Part shown: positions 1 to 24,429 of the stretch, in pieces
Layout: each line of letters begins with the position of its first letter
How positions within the stretch are numbered: the stretch's first letter is position 1
NCBI GenBank assembly: GCA_030141605.1
Contig: JAQGDQ010000547.1
Location: 1 to 64,000, forward strand
Reading direction: 5' to 3'
From: Tubiluchus corallicola
Taxonomy: Eukaryota; Animalia; Priapulida
DNA length: 64,000 bases
Position numbers and translations under genes: made by a program
The notes under the pieces: generated by a model
The model's database searches: none
Seen by the model: the letters and a program-made list of their open reading frames with translations, nothing else
What the model was told of the DNA's origin: nothing

Positions 1-968
1 CAAAGGTTCAAGATTTAAGAAATTAATAAATCAACTTACACGGTGAACTTCTATAAGTGTAATTATCAATGAATAACAACGAATCAATGAATGACGCTAA
101 ACAATCTGTAACTGCAGTGTGTGAATGCCTGAGTTACTCCAATCTACAGGTAAGGGCACAGGTAAAAGACCGGTCACATGACCTGTTTAAAAGGAAACCA
201 ATTTATAACAGAAAAGAGGGACATTACAAGTTTAAATCAGCACATAAGTCAAATCAAATCCTGTATGCGGTATCACATGAATGGGTCAAAACAAACAGTA
301 TTGCCCTGCCTCTAAATAGTATCAAGATTGCACATACAGTAGGCGCCGCTTAATAGATTCACCTTGGGACTGAAGTGTTTTGACCCAATTAACCGACTGA
401 GTCAATTAGATGAAGGTAAGAAGAACTTGGTTTATGAAATTCTCATAATGATAAAAATCTGTTGCTGTGTGCTGCGCAAAAGTGCACATATTCACGCAAA
501 AAACACCCAGTCACCTAGTGCTTGAGCTGCAGTTGGTGATGACCTTGTTTCCCCTGTGAAAAGCAGCAAGAGCTTCAAAAGCAAACCGCTTGACAAGTGA
601 TTAATTGTTTAGCTTTCAGAAACAACGAGGTTAATTGCAGTGAACAAGCGGGTAACAGATACAAAGCAAAACCGTTACGCTAACATATTGCACATATGAC
701 AAATATACTGTATCTGCTTACAAACAAAACTGTATCTAGCATGACTGTTTGTAAGGGTATTTGTTGCTTAAAATCGATGTAAAATATCATGCAAGAGCAG
801 CAAAAGCTCTTTGGGCACACACAAGTGTCTTATTTTAAATACTTTAACTATTTTGAAAAGGAAAAATATTGAGTCAATCATGCCAAGTTGTCTGAGTCAA
901 TTACCGGCGGTTTTTACATACATTTGAATAGGAGCGGCCCGTTCTTTTAAGCGACTGAATCTATTAAC

Positions 969-1560
969 CATAGACATAGACATAGACATAGACATAGACA
1001 TAGACATAGACATAGACATTTTTATTTATCTCCTCATTTACACCAGTATACAAATTGACTAATTATTATTTTTTAGTTATTGATTAAAAAGGATAAATTA
1101 AGCATAAAGGAAAGAGTTAAGGGGGGGGGTGCAGGAGAAAGGGTAGGGAAAGACCAATTGGTCATCGAGTCAGCTACCCTTCTCAGGTTAGTGAAAATTG
1201 TAAAAAAATTTGTGGTGCTGCTGTTAACATGAATTTATGGGGGGGGGGGATACATTAAACATGAAAGCAGAACAACTAAGTAAGCTATGCGATAAAGAAA
1301 TAAAATGAAAAATATGAAATGATGATTGACAAAATATGTAAAGCATTTAACTAACCGATTAAAACAAAAAACTAGAAAAAAGTCAAACCAAAAAAAACAA
1401 CCAAAAAAACATAAATAATAAATCAGTGAAAGAAACAAAATATGTAGTAATAAACTCAAACAAAATATAATGAAAACTTAATAATAACTGTGAAACAATG
1501 AGCAAAATAATCATAATAAAGTGAATATATATGAAGTAAGAATAGCATAATATGGTAGTA
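969..1560 (-). mobile_element. LINE (L2/CR1-group-like) 3' fragment with (ATGTCT)n tail; second copy at about 15665-16340
   Basis: (catagA)n run at 969-1018 followed by several hundred bp shared with 15665-16340, including the segment gggtagggaaagaccaattggtcatcgagtcagctaccc. Confidence 0.55.
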
Positions 1561-1834
1561 AAATGGTAGTATTAACCATGAGTCTATTAATCCGTGCCTA
1601 CTGTATTTTGCTTTTGGTTTTCAACCGGCAGATCAAAATGACTCAGTAAATCATATGGGACATCTAGAATAATGACAGATTTAATAGTGAAAGAAAATAC
1701 GGTTTTTTATTTGTTGTCTTTATACCTTAAAGGTTATAGTGAAACTACATCTGTTGTTCAAACTGCATGGTGCACAATATTTTGAGGTTCTGGGCATCAT
1801 AAAATTTCTAATTAAGTCATTATTCTCATTTCAG

Positions 1835-12427
<10,593 letters not shown>

Positions 12428-12531
12428 AAGTATGTGTTCAGATAAAGAAGTTGCAATTCCATAGTGGTGGTCTTATGGTATTTTTAGTTACTGAGCTCAC
12501 GGGAACTATGCAGTATTTACATATGCTAGTA

Positions 12532-12861
12532 CAGTCGACCCTCGTTAAACCGGACCCCGTTAGCCCGGATATCGGATAAGACGGACGTCATCCGTGGTAA
12601 AGGAAACTGACCGATTTCCGCCCGAGCCGGAGCGCTAAACACAACATGGCCTACCAACTGTACAATAATTTCTTTATCCTCACAGGTTAACTATTTTAAA
12701 GTAATATACAGTATAGTATATAGTGCAATGTATATAGGCCTTATTAAGGTGATTATTCCTGTATAATATAGACCATATATAGGCATATTGGATAAGTCGG
12801 ACAATCGGCTAAACCGGACCACCCCCCACCCCCATTAGTCTGGTTTAACGAGGATTGGCTG
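12532..12861. mobile_element. Tc1/pogo (Tigger-like) MITE just downstream of the pyrophosphatase stop codon
   Basis: TA|CAGTCGACCCTCGTTAAAC ... GTTTAACGAGGATTGGCTG|TA; second copy at 13744-14120. Confidence 0.8.
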
Positions 12862-13743
12862 TAGTTCTTTTTGGACAACATGATAAATTCAGATTTACAT
12901 ATATAAGTTTACGTCAAAAGTCTTGCAAACAATACTGCCTGCAAATCCTTTTGAAATGATTTTACACAATTCAAATAGGTCCCAAACTGTTGCAACTTTC
13001 ACAAATCGGGGCTCTGTATATTTATTTATAAATTACTTGCAAGCTTTGAGTCAACTTGTATATGCAAACCACAGTATACGTCAGGAACAAAAGTAACGTG
13101 GCATTACACTGTTTTTTATTTATTGCACACTTAGTGTAGGCACTGGTTGTAAACTTTACACTGTTAACTAAAAACTCACAGGTTAAAAGTGACACATAGA
13201 TTGAATTATGTAAACTTGTTGTGAAATTGTTTTTGTTTTTGTTAATTATTTGTTGAAATTAAGATTACCGGTGATGGTTCGTGCAAAATATTCTATTAAA
13301 GACTAATTTTGTGGTATCTCGAAAATTAGAATAATGTTTTTGTAGTGTTTGTATGTTTTGTAGTGTTTGTAGTGTTTTGTATGTATGAAGTCAATTGTAT
13401 TTCTTGCTTGTAATGATTAAAATGTATCAATTAAGATAGTACTAACAGTGCTTAAGAGATTTAAACTTAGCTGCATTTGTCACTGCAAGTTGCAGTTAGT
13501 TAGATACTAAAAACGGGGTAATTGAGTTTTAGTTTTATTTTCATCTTGGTCTTTTAACGCATGGATTTTGAAATCTGGAATAAGTGCAGCTGAGTTTGAT
13601 TCATGGAAACAGAGTCGGATATTTTCAATGGAAAACATTAACCGGGTTACGAGGCAACACTTTTGCCTACGAGCGTTGCTTGCATTCAACCATGACATGT
13701 TGTTTCTTACTGATTATGTGTTATCATGCTTTTGTAAGTAATA

Positions 13744-14120
13744 CAGTCGACCCTCGTTAAACCGGACCCCGTTAGCCCGGATATCGGATAAGACGGCCGG
13801 CATCCGTAGTAAAGGAAACTGACCGATTTCCGACCGAGCCGGAGCGCTAAACACAACACGGCCTACCAACTCACCACAAGCCATTGACGGACCGAAGCCA
13901 TTTTTTATTTAAACTGTACAATAATTTCTTTATCCTCACAGGTTAACTATTTTAAAGTAATATACAGTATAGTATATAGTGCAATGTATATAGGCCTTAT
14001 TAAGGTGATTATTCCTGTATAATATAGACCATATATAGGCATATCGGATAAATCGGACAATCGGCTAAACCGGACCACCCACCCCACCCCCAATTAGTCC
14101 GATTTAACGAGAGTTGACTG
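13744..14120. mobile_element. Tc1/pogo (Tigger-like) MITE, copy 2
   Basis: TA TSD, same TIR, near-identical to 12532-12861 with one extra internal segment. Confidence 0.8.
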
Positions 14121-15664
14121 TATTTGTTTTTGTGTACACATTATTCATCAAGTCATGCGGGTTTTATTATTTTATCATTACCTTTTAGCCTAATGCTGAT
14201 TGGGTTTTGCTCAAATCTGACATAGTTGTTTATCAGTTGACTTTATTTGTAAATTTATGTAATAACTAATAATAGAATACATAAATATGAAGCATGAAGC
14301 CGTACCACCTTCAGTAAAAATAATGTTACTTCTGTTAACATTAAATATTTGAACTCGATTTCTGTTGTGATCATTTAAGTTATGGAACACTTTAATAGCA
14401 ATAGTACATTAACTTAATTTAATGTTAGGCAGATAAGATTGTAACTTTTTTGGAAATTCATCTGAAGAATATGAGGGTACACTCAAAACAGGATTGAATA
14501 AAACAAGATTTTATATTACTGTCGGCATATTTTGAATTTAATTGCTGAGCCTTTGCAAAAGACGTTTGATGACAATAGAATAGATGATGTTTAAACCTTT
14601 TGAAGTGAAAATTTAATGATGATTTAAAATAATTAACGATTACTTAAAGGGTTCATGCCTGGAAATTATTCAATAAAAATGAATCACGTGTAAATAGAAA
14701 ACTTTAGCCTTTTTTTTAACTTAAGCATAATTGTACATTGTGTGGCAAAGTGGATTTGTGTTTATCATGGACAAAACGGCTTGCTGGCAATTGGCTTATT
14801 CAGTAATTTGGTGTCAATAATTTTGATCTAAGCATAAATTTATTTATCCCAATACTTCTCTTGACAGGTGTGAAGTGATGACGTATTTTGTTTTATATTA
14901 AGTAATTTTAACTTTTCCACTTTTTTCTTTGCATTAAAAAGCCGTAAATTTATTTCAATTTATATAATTTTGTGAAATGTCAGTATTTGAATAATAGTTG
15001 CCCTGGTGTATTTGTTTATGGACTTAAATAATATGCAATTTTTTCTACTACTAAACTATTCAGGACAGTATATTATATCAGGTTAACCAAGGTCAATTAT
15101 ACAGTCTTCAAGGTCATTATGTACCAGTCTTTAAGATCATTATAATAATATTATCATAATTATTAGATTATTATTATCACTTGATCCAGGTGGTCGTCTG
15201 GGAGGAACAGCGGGTAAAAACTCCTAAAATGGATGATTTTAGCTTTTTTTGACAAAACATAGATCTAAAAAATTTGGGCACTATGGAGGGTCGGTGTGTT
15301 ATGAATCCATGGAAAGGGCCTTTAAGCATCCAAATGACCAATGTCTCGAAATTGCCTAGTGTCCAAATGACCTAATCAGCAAATCAAGTTGTGTCCAAAT
15401 TGCCTTGTATCAAAATTACCGTGTGTCTTATGACCTACGCGTCCATATTACCTAGTTGTCAAAAAAGCCTTGTGTCCAAATGACCTGCATTCTAACGTCT
15501 TGTAGCGAATCGTCCTGTGTCTAAATGTCTACACACCCAATTAATTTTTCAGTTTCTTGCAGGGCGCCTAGCTATTTCCAGAGATGGCATCGTTACTATG
15601 ACTGTGTTATTCAGCAAAGGTTACAGACAATTAAAATAATAGTAACGAAGGTAAAAGTGTGTAA

Positions 15665-16340
15665 ACATATAGACATAAACATTTTACTTATCTCCTCATT
15701 TACACCAGAATACAAGTAGACTATTATTATTATAGTTATTAATTTAAAAGGATAAATTATGCATAAAGGAAAGAGTTAGGGGGGGGTGCAGGAGAAAGGG
15801 TAGCGAAAGACCAATTGGTCATCAAGTCAGGTACCCTTCTCAGGTTAGTGTAAATTGCAAAAAATATGTAGCGCTGCTAATTAAAAGGTATAATATAATT
15901 ATGAAGTAGGTTAAGAAAATCAAATAAAATGAAAAATATGTAAAATATAATTAACAAAATATGTAAAGCATTTAACTAACCGACTAAAACATATAACAAA
16001 CTAGAAAAAAGTCAGACCAAAAGAAAAAAATAAAACACAAATAATAAATCAGTGAAGGAAACAAAATATGCATGATAAAATCCAACAAAATATAATGAAA
16101 AAAATATGCAATAGTATTTAATCAAATTATGTTAAGCATAATGATAAAGTACTATGGAACACAAGAACTAGTGCAGAAAAATGGAGTAAACAAAATATGT
16201 AATGAAATATGGTATGTGACTAAATAGACAATATGGCTCAAAAACATAATAAAACTTAATGATAACTGTGAAACAATGAGCAAAATAATTATAATAAAGT
16301 GAATATATATGAAGTGAGAAAAGCATAATATGCAAGTAAA
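15665..16340 (-). mobile_element. LINE (L2/CR1-group-like) 3' fragment, copy 2
   Basis: Homologous to 969-1560. Confidence 0.55.
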
Positions 16341-17311
16341 AACATAAGTGGAGCAGGCAAAATTATAAAAAATTATGTATGAGGAAAAAAGTGTCGTAGC
16401 TGCTGGATTTGTTTGAAGATCATGTAAGACCTATTTCAATCATACTTCCGATCTATTGTATTGCGTGTTTACCTTCCCTTTTCATAGCTGCGAAGAAATA
16501 ATAATAACAATTAGGTAATACTATAAGATAAAATGTGAAGTTGTCGGTCTTACTGGCTGATTGTGATTGCTGCTCGTTAAAGACGGATAGTAAAAGTAAT
16601 AAGCAAACAGCTAAGTCGAGAAATGCGCGCGAAATCACGGTTTACCGCGATGCGCCTTAATCTGCCAGGCAACTGCCACTTTATTTTCTACTTTCTAGAC
16701 GTTCAAGTGAAATAAAAGTTATTCGAGGTCTTGCAAGGTAATTTACATAATATTATCAGAGAATCTGCAGAAGTTTTAAGTCACAAAACGTTGATATAGG
16801 TGATTATTCAATTTTCTTATATTTCAGTTCATTTGTAAATCCAGTCTTCGTTCAAGGTCATTAAAATATTTTAAAGCATATTTAATAAAGCTAAAGCCTA
16901 AACTAAAGGTATATGCTTGGTGACTGTGGTGAGCGTAAAGTACACATTTGCTACATCATTTCAGGGGCCTTTCAATCTCCAATTAATATATAGATTATTA
17001 CTATTAATGCAACAAGAAAACACTTAATAAATTAAGCTTGAAAATATCGTCTTGATATTTCATCTTTATGATTTAAACTTAAAGTAAACCCTTTTTCTAA
17101 CACTAACGTAACAGTAACACAAGTAACAGGGCAAGAGATACTCCTTCACTTGACTAACCTGTAAATCCATTTGCAGTAGTACCCATGCCATTATTTTTGC
17201 TTTTTGGCTGCCATTATGTTTTTTCCACAATTTTACCCAGGGAAATTTTTTCTTTGACTTTGTTTACTCTGTCACCAAACAAACGCCAATCCAATCTTTC
17301 ATTCTGAATCA

Positions 17312-17765
17312 CAATGTTCCCTCACTTATCGTGGGTGTTCCGTTTCAAGCCCACCCGCGATAAGTGAATTTCCGCGAAGTAAGGACGCTATACTTATTTA
17401 ATACTTACACGTTTGGGTGGCATCGTAGGGCTTGAATAAATTCAGTCTCTAGTGAAAATTTCACAAACAGCGTACAAGAAAACTAATTGCACGGTACCTG
17501 AGCCAATCAGGCATACAGAGCAGCATTCTCTGGTTGGTCGCTTTCAATCAATCAACCAATCATGTGTTGTGTACAATCTCACGTCGGCAAGTAGCATCTC
17601 AAGCGGGCGCAAGTACTACATTTCATTTTTGGCGTGTATTCATCCGCCGAATAAATACATTATTTACTATAAATGGTAATTTTTTATGATTTTATGATAT
17701 TCTTTGAAAACCCGCGAAACAGCGAGTCAGCGATAAACGAACTGCGAAGTAGCGAGGGAACACTG
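17312..17765. mobile_element. Tigger/pogo-like MITE
   Basis: caatgttccctcactt ... agtagcgagggaacactg|ta; inverted fragment of the same element at about 41970-42046. Confidence 0.7.
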
Positions 17766-18212
17766 TACATCAGAACATGATCTATTTTTTCATACCTTTT
17801 TACGTACACAAATCCTCATCTCATCATAATTTTTCTATTTAAACAGAGGATTGCCATTCCCTTCTGTTGCACCCACTCTTGCTTTTACCATGATCTCTGC
17901 CTCCCACATATCTTCCATCCATTCCTCATACATTGGCATTTTTTGACATATCCTTACACCAGTTGAACCTTCTATCTACAGTTTGGCATTTCTACAAAAT
18001 TCTTTTTCTAAATAAATCTCCCAACATCCTTGTTTTTCAATATACACATACCATTGACTCTTTCCCAGTTAAATAACATGCCATGTTTCTCGAACCTTTG
18101 GTACTTATACCTCCCTATACCGCCAGAAGATCGCCTAGCACTTGCAATCCATGTTTGTCAAACAGTAAGCATGTTCTGTTTATCCATGATCATCGTACTT
18201 TAAATATTACCA

Positions 18213-18764
18213 CAGTGGTTTCCAAACTTTCTCGGACCGTTACCCAAATCGGGAAACCCGGTCGTGTCCATTACCCCCCACCTAGTACTACTTCTCCAAC
18301 TCAAAAAGTAAACACACGTATATGCCACAAGCAAGCAAAATTATTTATGTTTGCTCGTGATATAAATAAATTTCCGGGTGTTGTTGTTGTATTGTTGCCA
18401 AAACAAGAATTACAATTATGACACAGTGTTGCCTGCCGGAGGCAGTCTCTTCAAGAAGAAAACTACGTAAAATGCATTCCGAGCGAAGTTTTAAAAATTT
18501 TCAGAGGGGTGCCCGTTACCCCCCACCTAGTACTACTTCTCCAACTCAAAAAGTAAACACATGTATATGCCACAAGCGAGCAAAATTATTTATGTTTGCT
18601 CGTCACATAAATAAATTTCCAGGTGTTGTTGTTGTATTGTTGCCAAAACTACATAAAATGCATTCCGAGCGAAGTTTTAAAAATTTTCAGAGGGGTGCCC
18701 GTTACCCCCCAAAGAAACCATATTACCCCTGGGGAGTAATTTACCCCTACTTTGGGAACCACTG
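18213..18764. mobile_element. hAT-like MITE with internal duplication
   Basis: cagtggtttccaaa...tttgggaaccactg; exact 8-bp TSD tattacca. Confidence 0.8.
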
Positions 18765-19276
18765 TATTACCATGAACTTGACCAATTTCGTTAAAATACT
18801 TCAATCTTGCTTTTGCTTCTCTTTCTTCAAAACTTGACCATCACGTTTCCTTCTGACTGCCACACTGTAACCACTACCAATTTTTATAACAAAAATTAGC
18901 AAAAAATGTTGACTGGGTGAAAAGACGAAGTCTTATAGTAGACTAAGCATACATAATAAGTTTGCTATTATCCTAACAGAGATTTTGCTGATTTTAGCGT
19001 AACCTTACACAAATTTTCAATAGCGTGCAAGTTGTATTTCGGTTATTTTTTGCCTGAATTACAAATTGATTGTCGAAATGAGGAAATTTCAGAATTTTTC
19101 AAGAAACCGACCAAACTACAAACCTACGACTTCAAGATGCGGAATGATGGCAACCCTAATAGCAACTGCATTTAAAAAAGTTCTAACAAATTTAGAAAAT
19201 TTGTAAGGCATTTTAGTGAACAGATTTAGCTTCGAATTTGATGAGAAGAAATGTAAATTTGAATCAATCTTGTGGG

Positions 19277-20268
19277 TGTAGGTGTCAACTATAGGTGTCA
19301 CTGATTGACTGCATGCGTTCTATTGACTGTAGGTGTCAACTGTAGGTGTCAGTGATTGACTGCGTGCGTTCTATTGACTGTAGGTGTCACTAATTGACTG
19401 CATGCGTTCTATTGACTGTAGGTGTCAACTATAGGTGTCACTAATTGACTGCGTGCATTCTATTGACTGTAGGTGTCAACTATAGGTGTCACTAATTGAC
19501 TGCGTGCGTTCTATTGACTGTAGGTGTCAACTATAGGTGTCATTAATTGACTGTCCGTTCTATTGACTGTAGGTGTCAGTGATTGACTGCATGCGTTCTG
19601 TTGATTGTAGGTGTCAACTATAGGTGTCACTAATTGACTGCGTGCATTCTATTGACTGTAGGTGTCAACTATAGGTGTCACTAATTGACTGCGTGCGTTC
19701 TATTGACTGTAGGTGTCAACTATAGGTGTCACTAATTGACTGCATGCATTCTATTGACTGTAGGTGTCAACTATAGGTGTCACTAATTGACTGCGTGCGT
19801 TCTATTGACTGTAGGTGTCAACTATAGGTGTCAGTAATTGACTGCGTGCGTTCTATTGACTGTAGGTGTCAACTATAGGTGTCACTAATTGACTGCGTGC
19901 GTTCTATTAACTGTAGGTGTCAACTATAGGTGTCAGTAAATGACTGCGTGCGTTCTATTGACTGTAGGTGTCAACTATAGGTGTCACTAATTGACTGCGT
20001 GCATTCTATTGACTGTAGGTGTCAACTATAGGTGTCACTAATTGACTGCGTGCGTTCTATTGACTGTAGGTGTCAACTATAGGTGTCACTAATTGACTGC
20101 GTGCGTTCTATTGACTGTAGGTGTCAACTATCGGTGTCACTAATTGACTGCGTGCGTTCTATTGACTGTAGGTGTCAACTATAGGTGTCAGTAATTGACT
20201 GCATGCATTCTATTGACTGTAGGTGTCAACTATAGGTGTCAGTGATTGACTGCGTGCGTTCTATTGAC
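19277..20268. repeat. Minisatellite, 51-bp unit, about 20 copies
   Basis: Unit ctaattgactgcgtgcgttctattgactgtaggtgtcaactataggtgtca. Confidence 0.95.
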
Positions 20269-22106
20269 TATGTTGCATATAAATGATGAGCAGATTTTAG
20301 ATGTTGCTTGTAATTTCCAGTTGAAGTTGTAATGTGACTTTCTTTTCAAAACTGTTACTTTAAAATCATTGCTGCACCATTATTCTCAATAAGTGGGATC
20401 AGCTATTTTTAGACAATGACTATTGTTCAAATCTTGTTGCAGAATGAAACAGTTGGTCACTGTGGTAATTTTCCACATAACTTTTTATCATCAGGGAATT
20501 GCATCGCAACTCTTGCTGGACTTTGTGTTTGAAATGTAGTTGTTGCTGACAGTTCATTTACCGTTCTTTGTGGGTATACCCAAGATTTGTGATGGGTGAT
20601 TTTGAAATTTTTGAATTCGATCATAATCTTGTTCTAGTAATTCAATATCACGATTATTCTTTTGCGGTGATTTTTTAGTGTTTTAGCCACATTTTTCAAA
20701 CATTGCAGCACTGAAATATAGTCATTAAACTTCGTGGCTTTCGTCACTGTCTTCCATTTTCATACTTGCAAACTATTTTTATATACATGTACATTCATTA
20801 ACTACTCTATTACTATGTCAGCTGCACACGTTATGTGAAAGCGTATATGAAGCCGCGGTTTGCAACACTGTGGTTTTAATTGTGTGCATGGTGTAAGGTG
20901 AGAAAAACGAAGAAAAAATGCAAGAATTCTGTTTATTTGTGCTAAAATGCTGTCTTTTAGCCTATATGTAACACGTATGTTTTGCTCGTGTGGAAGAAAT
21001 GAAAATGCGAAAAGATAAGAACTTTAAAGTCACTCCAGAATTTTTCTAATTTGCACACTTTTTGCAAATTTTCTTAGTAAACTCCGTTATTTTTCTGAGA
21101 TTAGTTGTTTTCCATGATGAAGGTGCAGCTCGGGTTTTGACTCGAGTATGCTAAAAGGGTTATGAATATGCCAATATATTATACTACACAGCTTTTAGAA
21201 AATTTTACTTTCATTTTAGAAACTTTTGGTATGTTACATTAGTTTAGCCTCTAATTTACTGATCTGTATAATTGTCATAGGCTAGGGGCAGGTTTCGCCT
21301 CTTGCTTCTCATTCTTTCGTAATTGAAAAAACTCACTTACATCTCTTACTATCGATTTCAAATATTACCTGCATTTGTGATGCTCTACTGAAATAGAAAT
21401 GAATAAAATTGTGAACCGCAGTTTCAATATCATTTCAATAACTGCAGATCTTCCAAAAATTCGTGCGTCTTTAGTTACTTTCATGTTTGTTCTTCTTCCG
21501 CTTGACTTTGCAAAATTCTTGATAATTTACATTTGTCTTTGGGTTCTTCTAGAGGTTCAAAACCCTATTATGCCCCACATAGCATCACTTAAAAATAAAA
21601 TACTTTCTTTTGTACATGTGTTTGGTGGCTGTTTGCAGTTGTTACATGCACTTGTATCTGAAATGGCACAGTGACTTGTCAGTGTTTCTTTTAAAGCTGT
21701 TTACAGGCTTGGTATCTGCGTCTCATTACTGATAAAATGCTTAATATCTCTGACAATCAGGTGGCAGTTATTACGTCTATAAAGGATTTTTTATGGATAT
21801 AGAAATCAAGTATTTTTATTTCTTTAGGAAGTCTGAACTATATGAGATTTTAAATTATTTGACCATTTGTCAAGACCAAAATACATAATTGATGCAATGG
21901 TTTTTTTTATTATTTTTTTACTTTGCTTTCACAAATTAACAAACTTTTTTTAATGTGTACAGCTTTAACTAATTTATTGTAATTCTTATCATTATTTGTT
22001 TTTCCTTGTGTATTTATCGTACTTTATGGTACGAATAAATGGTATAAATAAATTAATTCTGAGGCGCAGAAGCATTGGTTGACCTTTCCGTTGTGAGTTG
22101 TGTCCT

Positions 22107-22120
22107 GTTGCTATGGCAAC
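22107..22120. promoter_or_regulatory. RFX X-box-like palindrome upstream of FABP-like gene 1
   Basis: GTTGCTATGGCAAC, about 65 nt before a candidate 5'-UTR exon donor (cttg|gtaact, 22184/5). Confidence 0.35.
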
Positions 22121-22364
22121 GTGAAGCTGAGCTGAAGACAACCTACTGTTTCTCTGAACACAACTTCAGTGCTCTTTCTTCTTGGTAACTTGCTGTTCTT
22201 GTGCTGAGGCATAATTATCTTTGCGTCTGTTAACCATAAATAGAACATTAGCTACAGATCACTGCATTCACACGCTGGAAGTTTGCTTTCAACACTGTGA
22301 TATATTGTGAAGGAATTGCCGGCACTTCAGTCTACCAATCTCTTCTTTATCTTTTTGCTTAGAA

Positions 22365-22772
22365 ATGGATAAATTTTTGGGAAAATGGATTCAAACCAAA
22401 GCCGAAAATTTGGATGAATATTTGGCTGCTAAGGGGGTGCCATGGTTGGTGCGCAAGGTCGTTGCCACCGCCACTCTTCACATGGAGATCTCGGAGAAAG
22501 GGGAAGGATACTATCGTCTGTACCAGTGGACAGCGGTAAAAAACATGATGGACATCAAGTTCAAGCTAGACGAAGAACTGGACTATACTCGTATGGATGG
22601 GAAACAAGCAAAAACCAAGTTCATGTTGAACGATAAAGGTCACTTAATTCAGCACATGTTGGTGAATGGTGGAGTAGAGGACATATCTCGAGAGATTAAT
22701 GCAGAAGGGCAGGTGGTTCAGACGCTAACCGATGGTGATGTTGTATGCAAGCGTTGGTTTAATAAAGACTAA
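22365..22772 (+). CDS. Fatty-acid-binding protein (iLBP/FABP family), 135 aa, intronless CDS
   Basis: FLGKW....ENLDEYLAAKGV, FKLDEE..TRMDG, RE, CKRWF motifs and typical length; splice acceptor AG 2 nt before ATG. Confidence 0.92.
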   Translation: MDKFLGKWIQTKAENLDEYLAAKGVPWLVRKVVATATLHMEISEKGEGYYRLYQWTAVKNMMDIKFKLDEELDYTRMDGKQAKTKFMLNDKGHLIQHMLVNGGVEDISREINAEGQVVQTLTDGDVVCKRWFNKD

Positions 22773-24429
22773 AAATCTCTTGGTATTTATTGTACTTGAA
22801 GAAACATTCCATTTTGCTTCGCAGGCTGCTGGAAAAAAACATTATTTGCATGCATCTTTTGCTGGAGGCCTAAGGCATGGTCAAGTGCAATGGTATTATG
22901 TTGTAGACATTTGTGGTATTTGTAGCGTTTTGCTGTGTAAAGAGTATTGCTGATGCTTTGGAAAAATTGGCCCCGCCTGGGACATAGCGTTTGGTGAAAA
23001 TGTGACTAATTTGATTATAAAAGGATGTGATTTGTTGTGCTTTTTAAGTTGTAAAGATTCCTTTATTTTAACCTTGAAAAAATGTTGCAGCCTATATGTA
23101 ATTGATCTAAAGAACAAATTGACAATCTATTGATGTATTGAACATAATAATGTTGCGGTGATTATGGAAAAATGTTTTCGTGTCCTAAAGCTAATGAATT
23201 CATCATCATTATTTGAAAGAAAAGTTGTAACTCTCCTCATTACATTTCTGTGAAGCCAAGTTCAAATTACTAGTAACAGATGATTGACCTATACATTCAC
23301 TTGTGGCGTTTTTTTTTCATTAATGGTTTCTTGCAAGTAATGATATCTGGTGATGTAAAAAAATGTGCCGAAGTTTTGATCATGATACTATGAGGTCATT
23401 CCTTAGATTTGTCCAAAGATACAGAGTTTTAAATTAACAAATCAAAAGAAATAAATGCCGGGGAAAAATTGTCGCTATTATTTAACATTTACAGAAAATG
23501 CTGAGTGTCCACTGCAAAGTAGAAAAAGGTATTTCTTCCATCAGCTGACAGTTTCTCCAAATTTTCCCACCTCCTTAAGGAATATTTGGTCCCAGCACTC
23601 ACAATTTTCGCCTTTAGTTGCTTTGTATCAAATGGTTCTGTCTGGCTATTGTACATTTTCTCTTTAAGGAAATTCCAGATACTTTAATCCAGGGAATTAA
23701 TTCCTATTTTTCAAAGCAACAAATCATCATCAGTGCTTCATTTTCTGTGATGAAGACCAACTGATATTATTTCTTTATTGTTTTGCTGCCATCTATTGAG
23801 TGCTTTATACGTCAATGCTGTTGCTTTTTCCATTCATGATTATAGCTAACATTGTTCCGGCATTAATGTTTTTAACATGCAAAGGTTTTTTAGCCCTACG
23901 TTAAAAATCAATAAACTATAAACATGTAACTTTCACAGCTAAAAGTTAATGTGTTATAATATCGCGCTGTGAAATTTCTATTTTATAGGGCACTTGCTTC
24001 TAATATTATTGTAGTCTAAACTTCGGCACGTTTTTCTGTACCAGCCGATGTATATATTAATATAAAGCTTTTATGTGCTTCTTATACACTTTTATACATC
24101 TCAGGAAGTGGAGACTGGAAAAAATAGGCCAGATGATTGGAAGACTCATCTAAAGTATTGTGAACATATAAACCATGTGAGCTTTTTTAAAATGCGGCTT
24201 TGTCTTTTTAAACTTTGCCATTTATGCAGTATTTGTATCGAAGAACAATTGTTTGCTTTTTCCACTAAGGTCTATTGTAAACCTTAATCGTGTCATAGTA
24301 GAACTAGTTATGTATGTAGGCAATGACTAAGTAAAATAACATAAGCAGTAATCACTAGCTAGTAACTATACTGTCGTAGTAGCTAACTATACTATAGTAG
24401 CTATAGTATACTATTCTAACTATACTGTG

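Noticed and set aside
16726-16741. 16-nt identity aggtcttgcaaggtaa with the pyrophosphatase donor at 9488-9503 (duplicated exon?)
   Set aside because: No homology beyond 16 nt; a match of this length is plausible by chance in 64 kb.
18083-18837. Two overlapping ORFs with shared peptide blocks
   Set aside because: Produced by an internal duplication within a TSD-flanked MITE; no transposase motifs.
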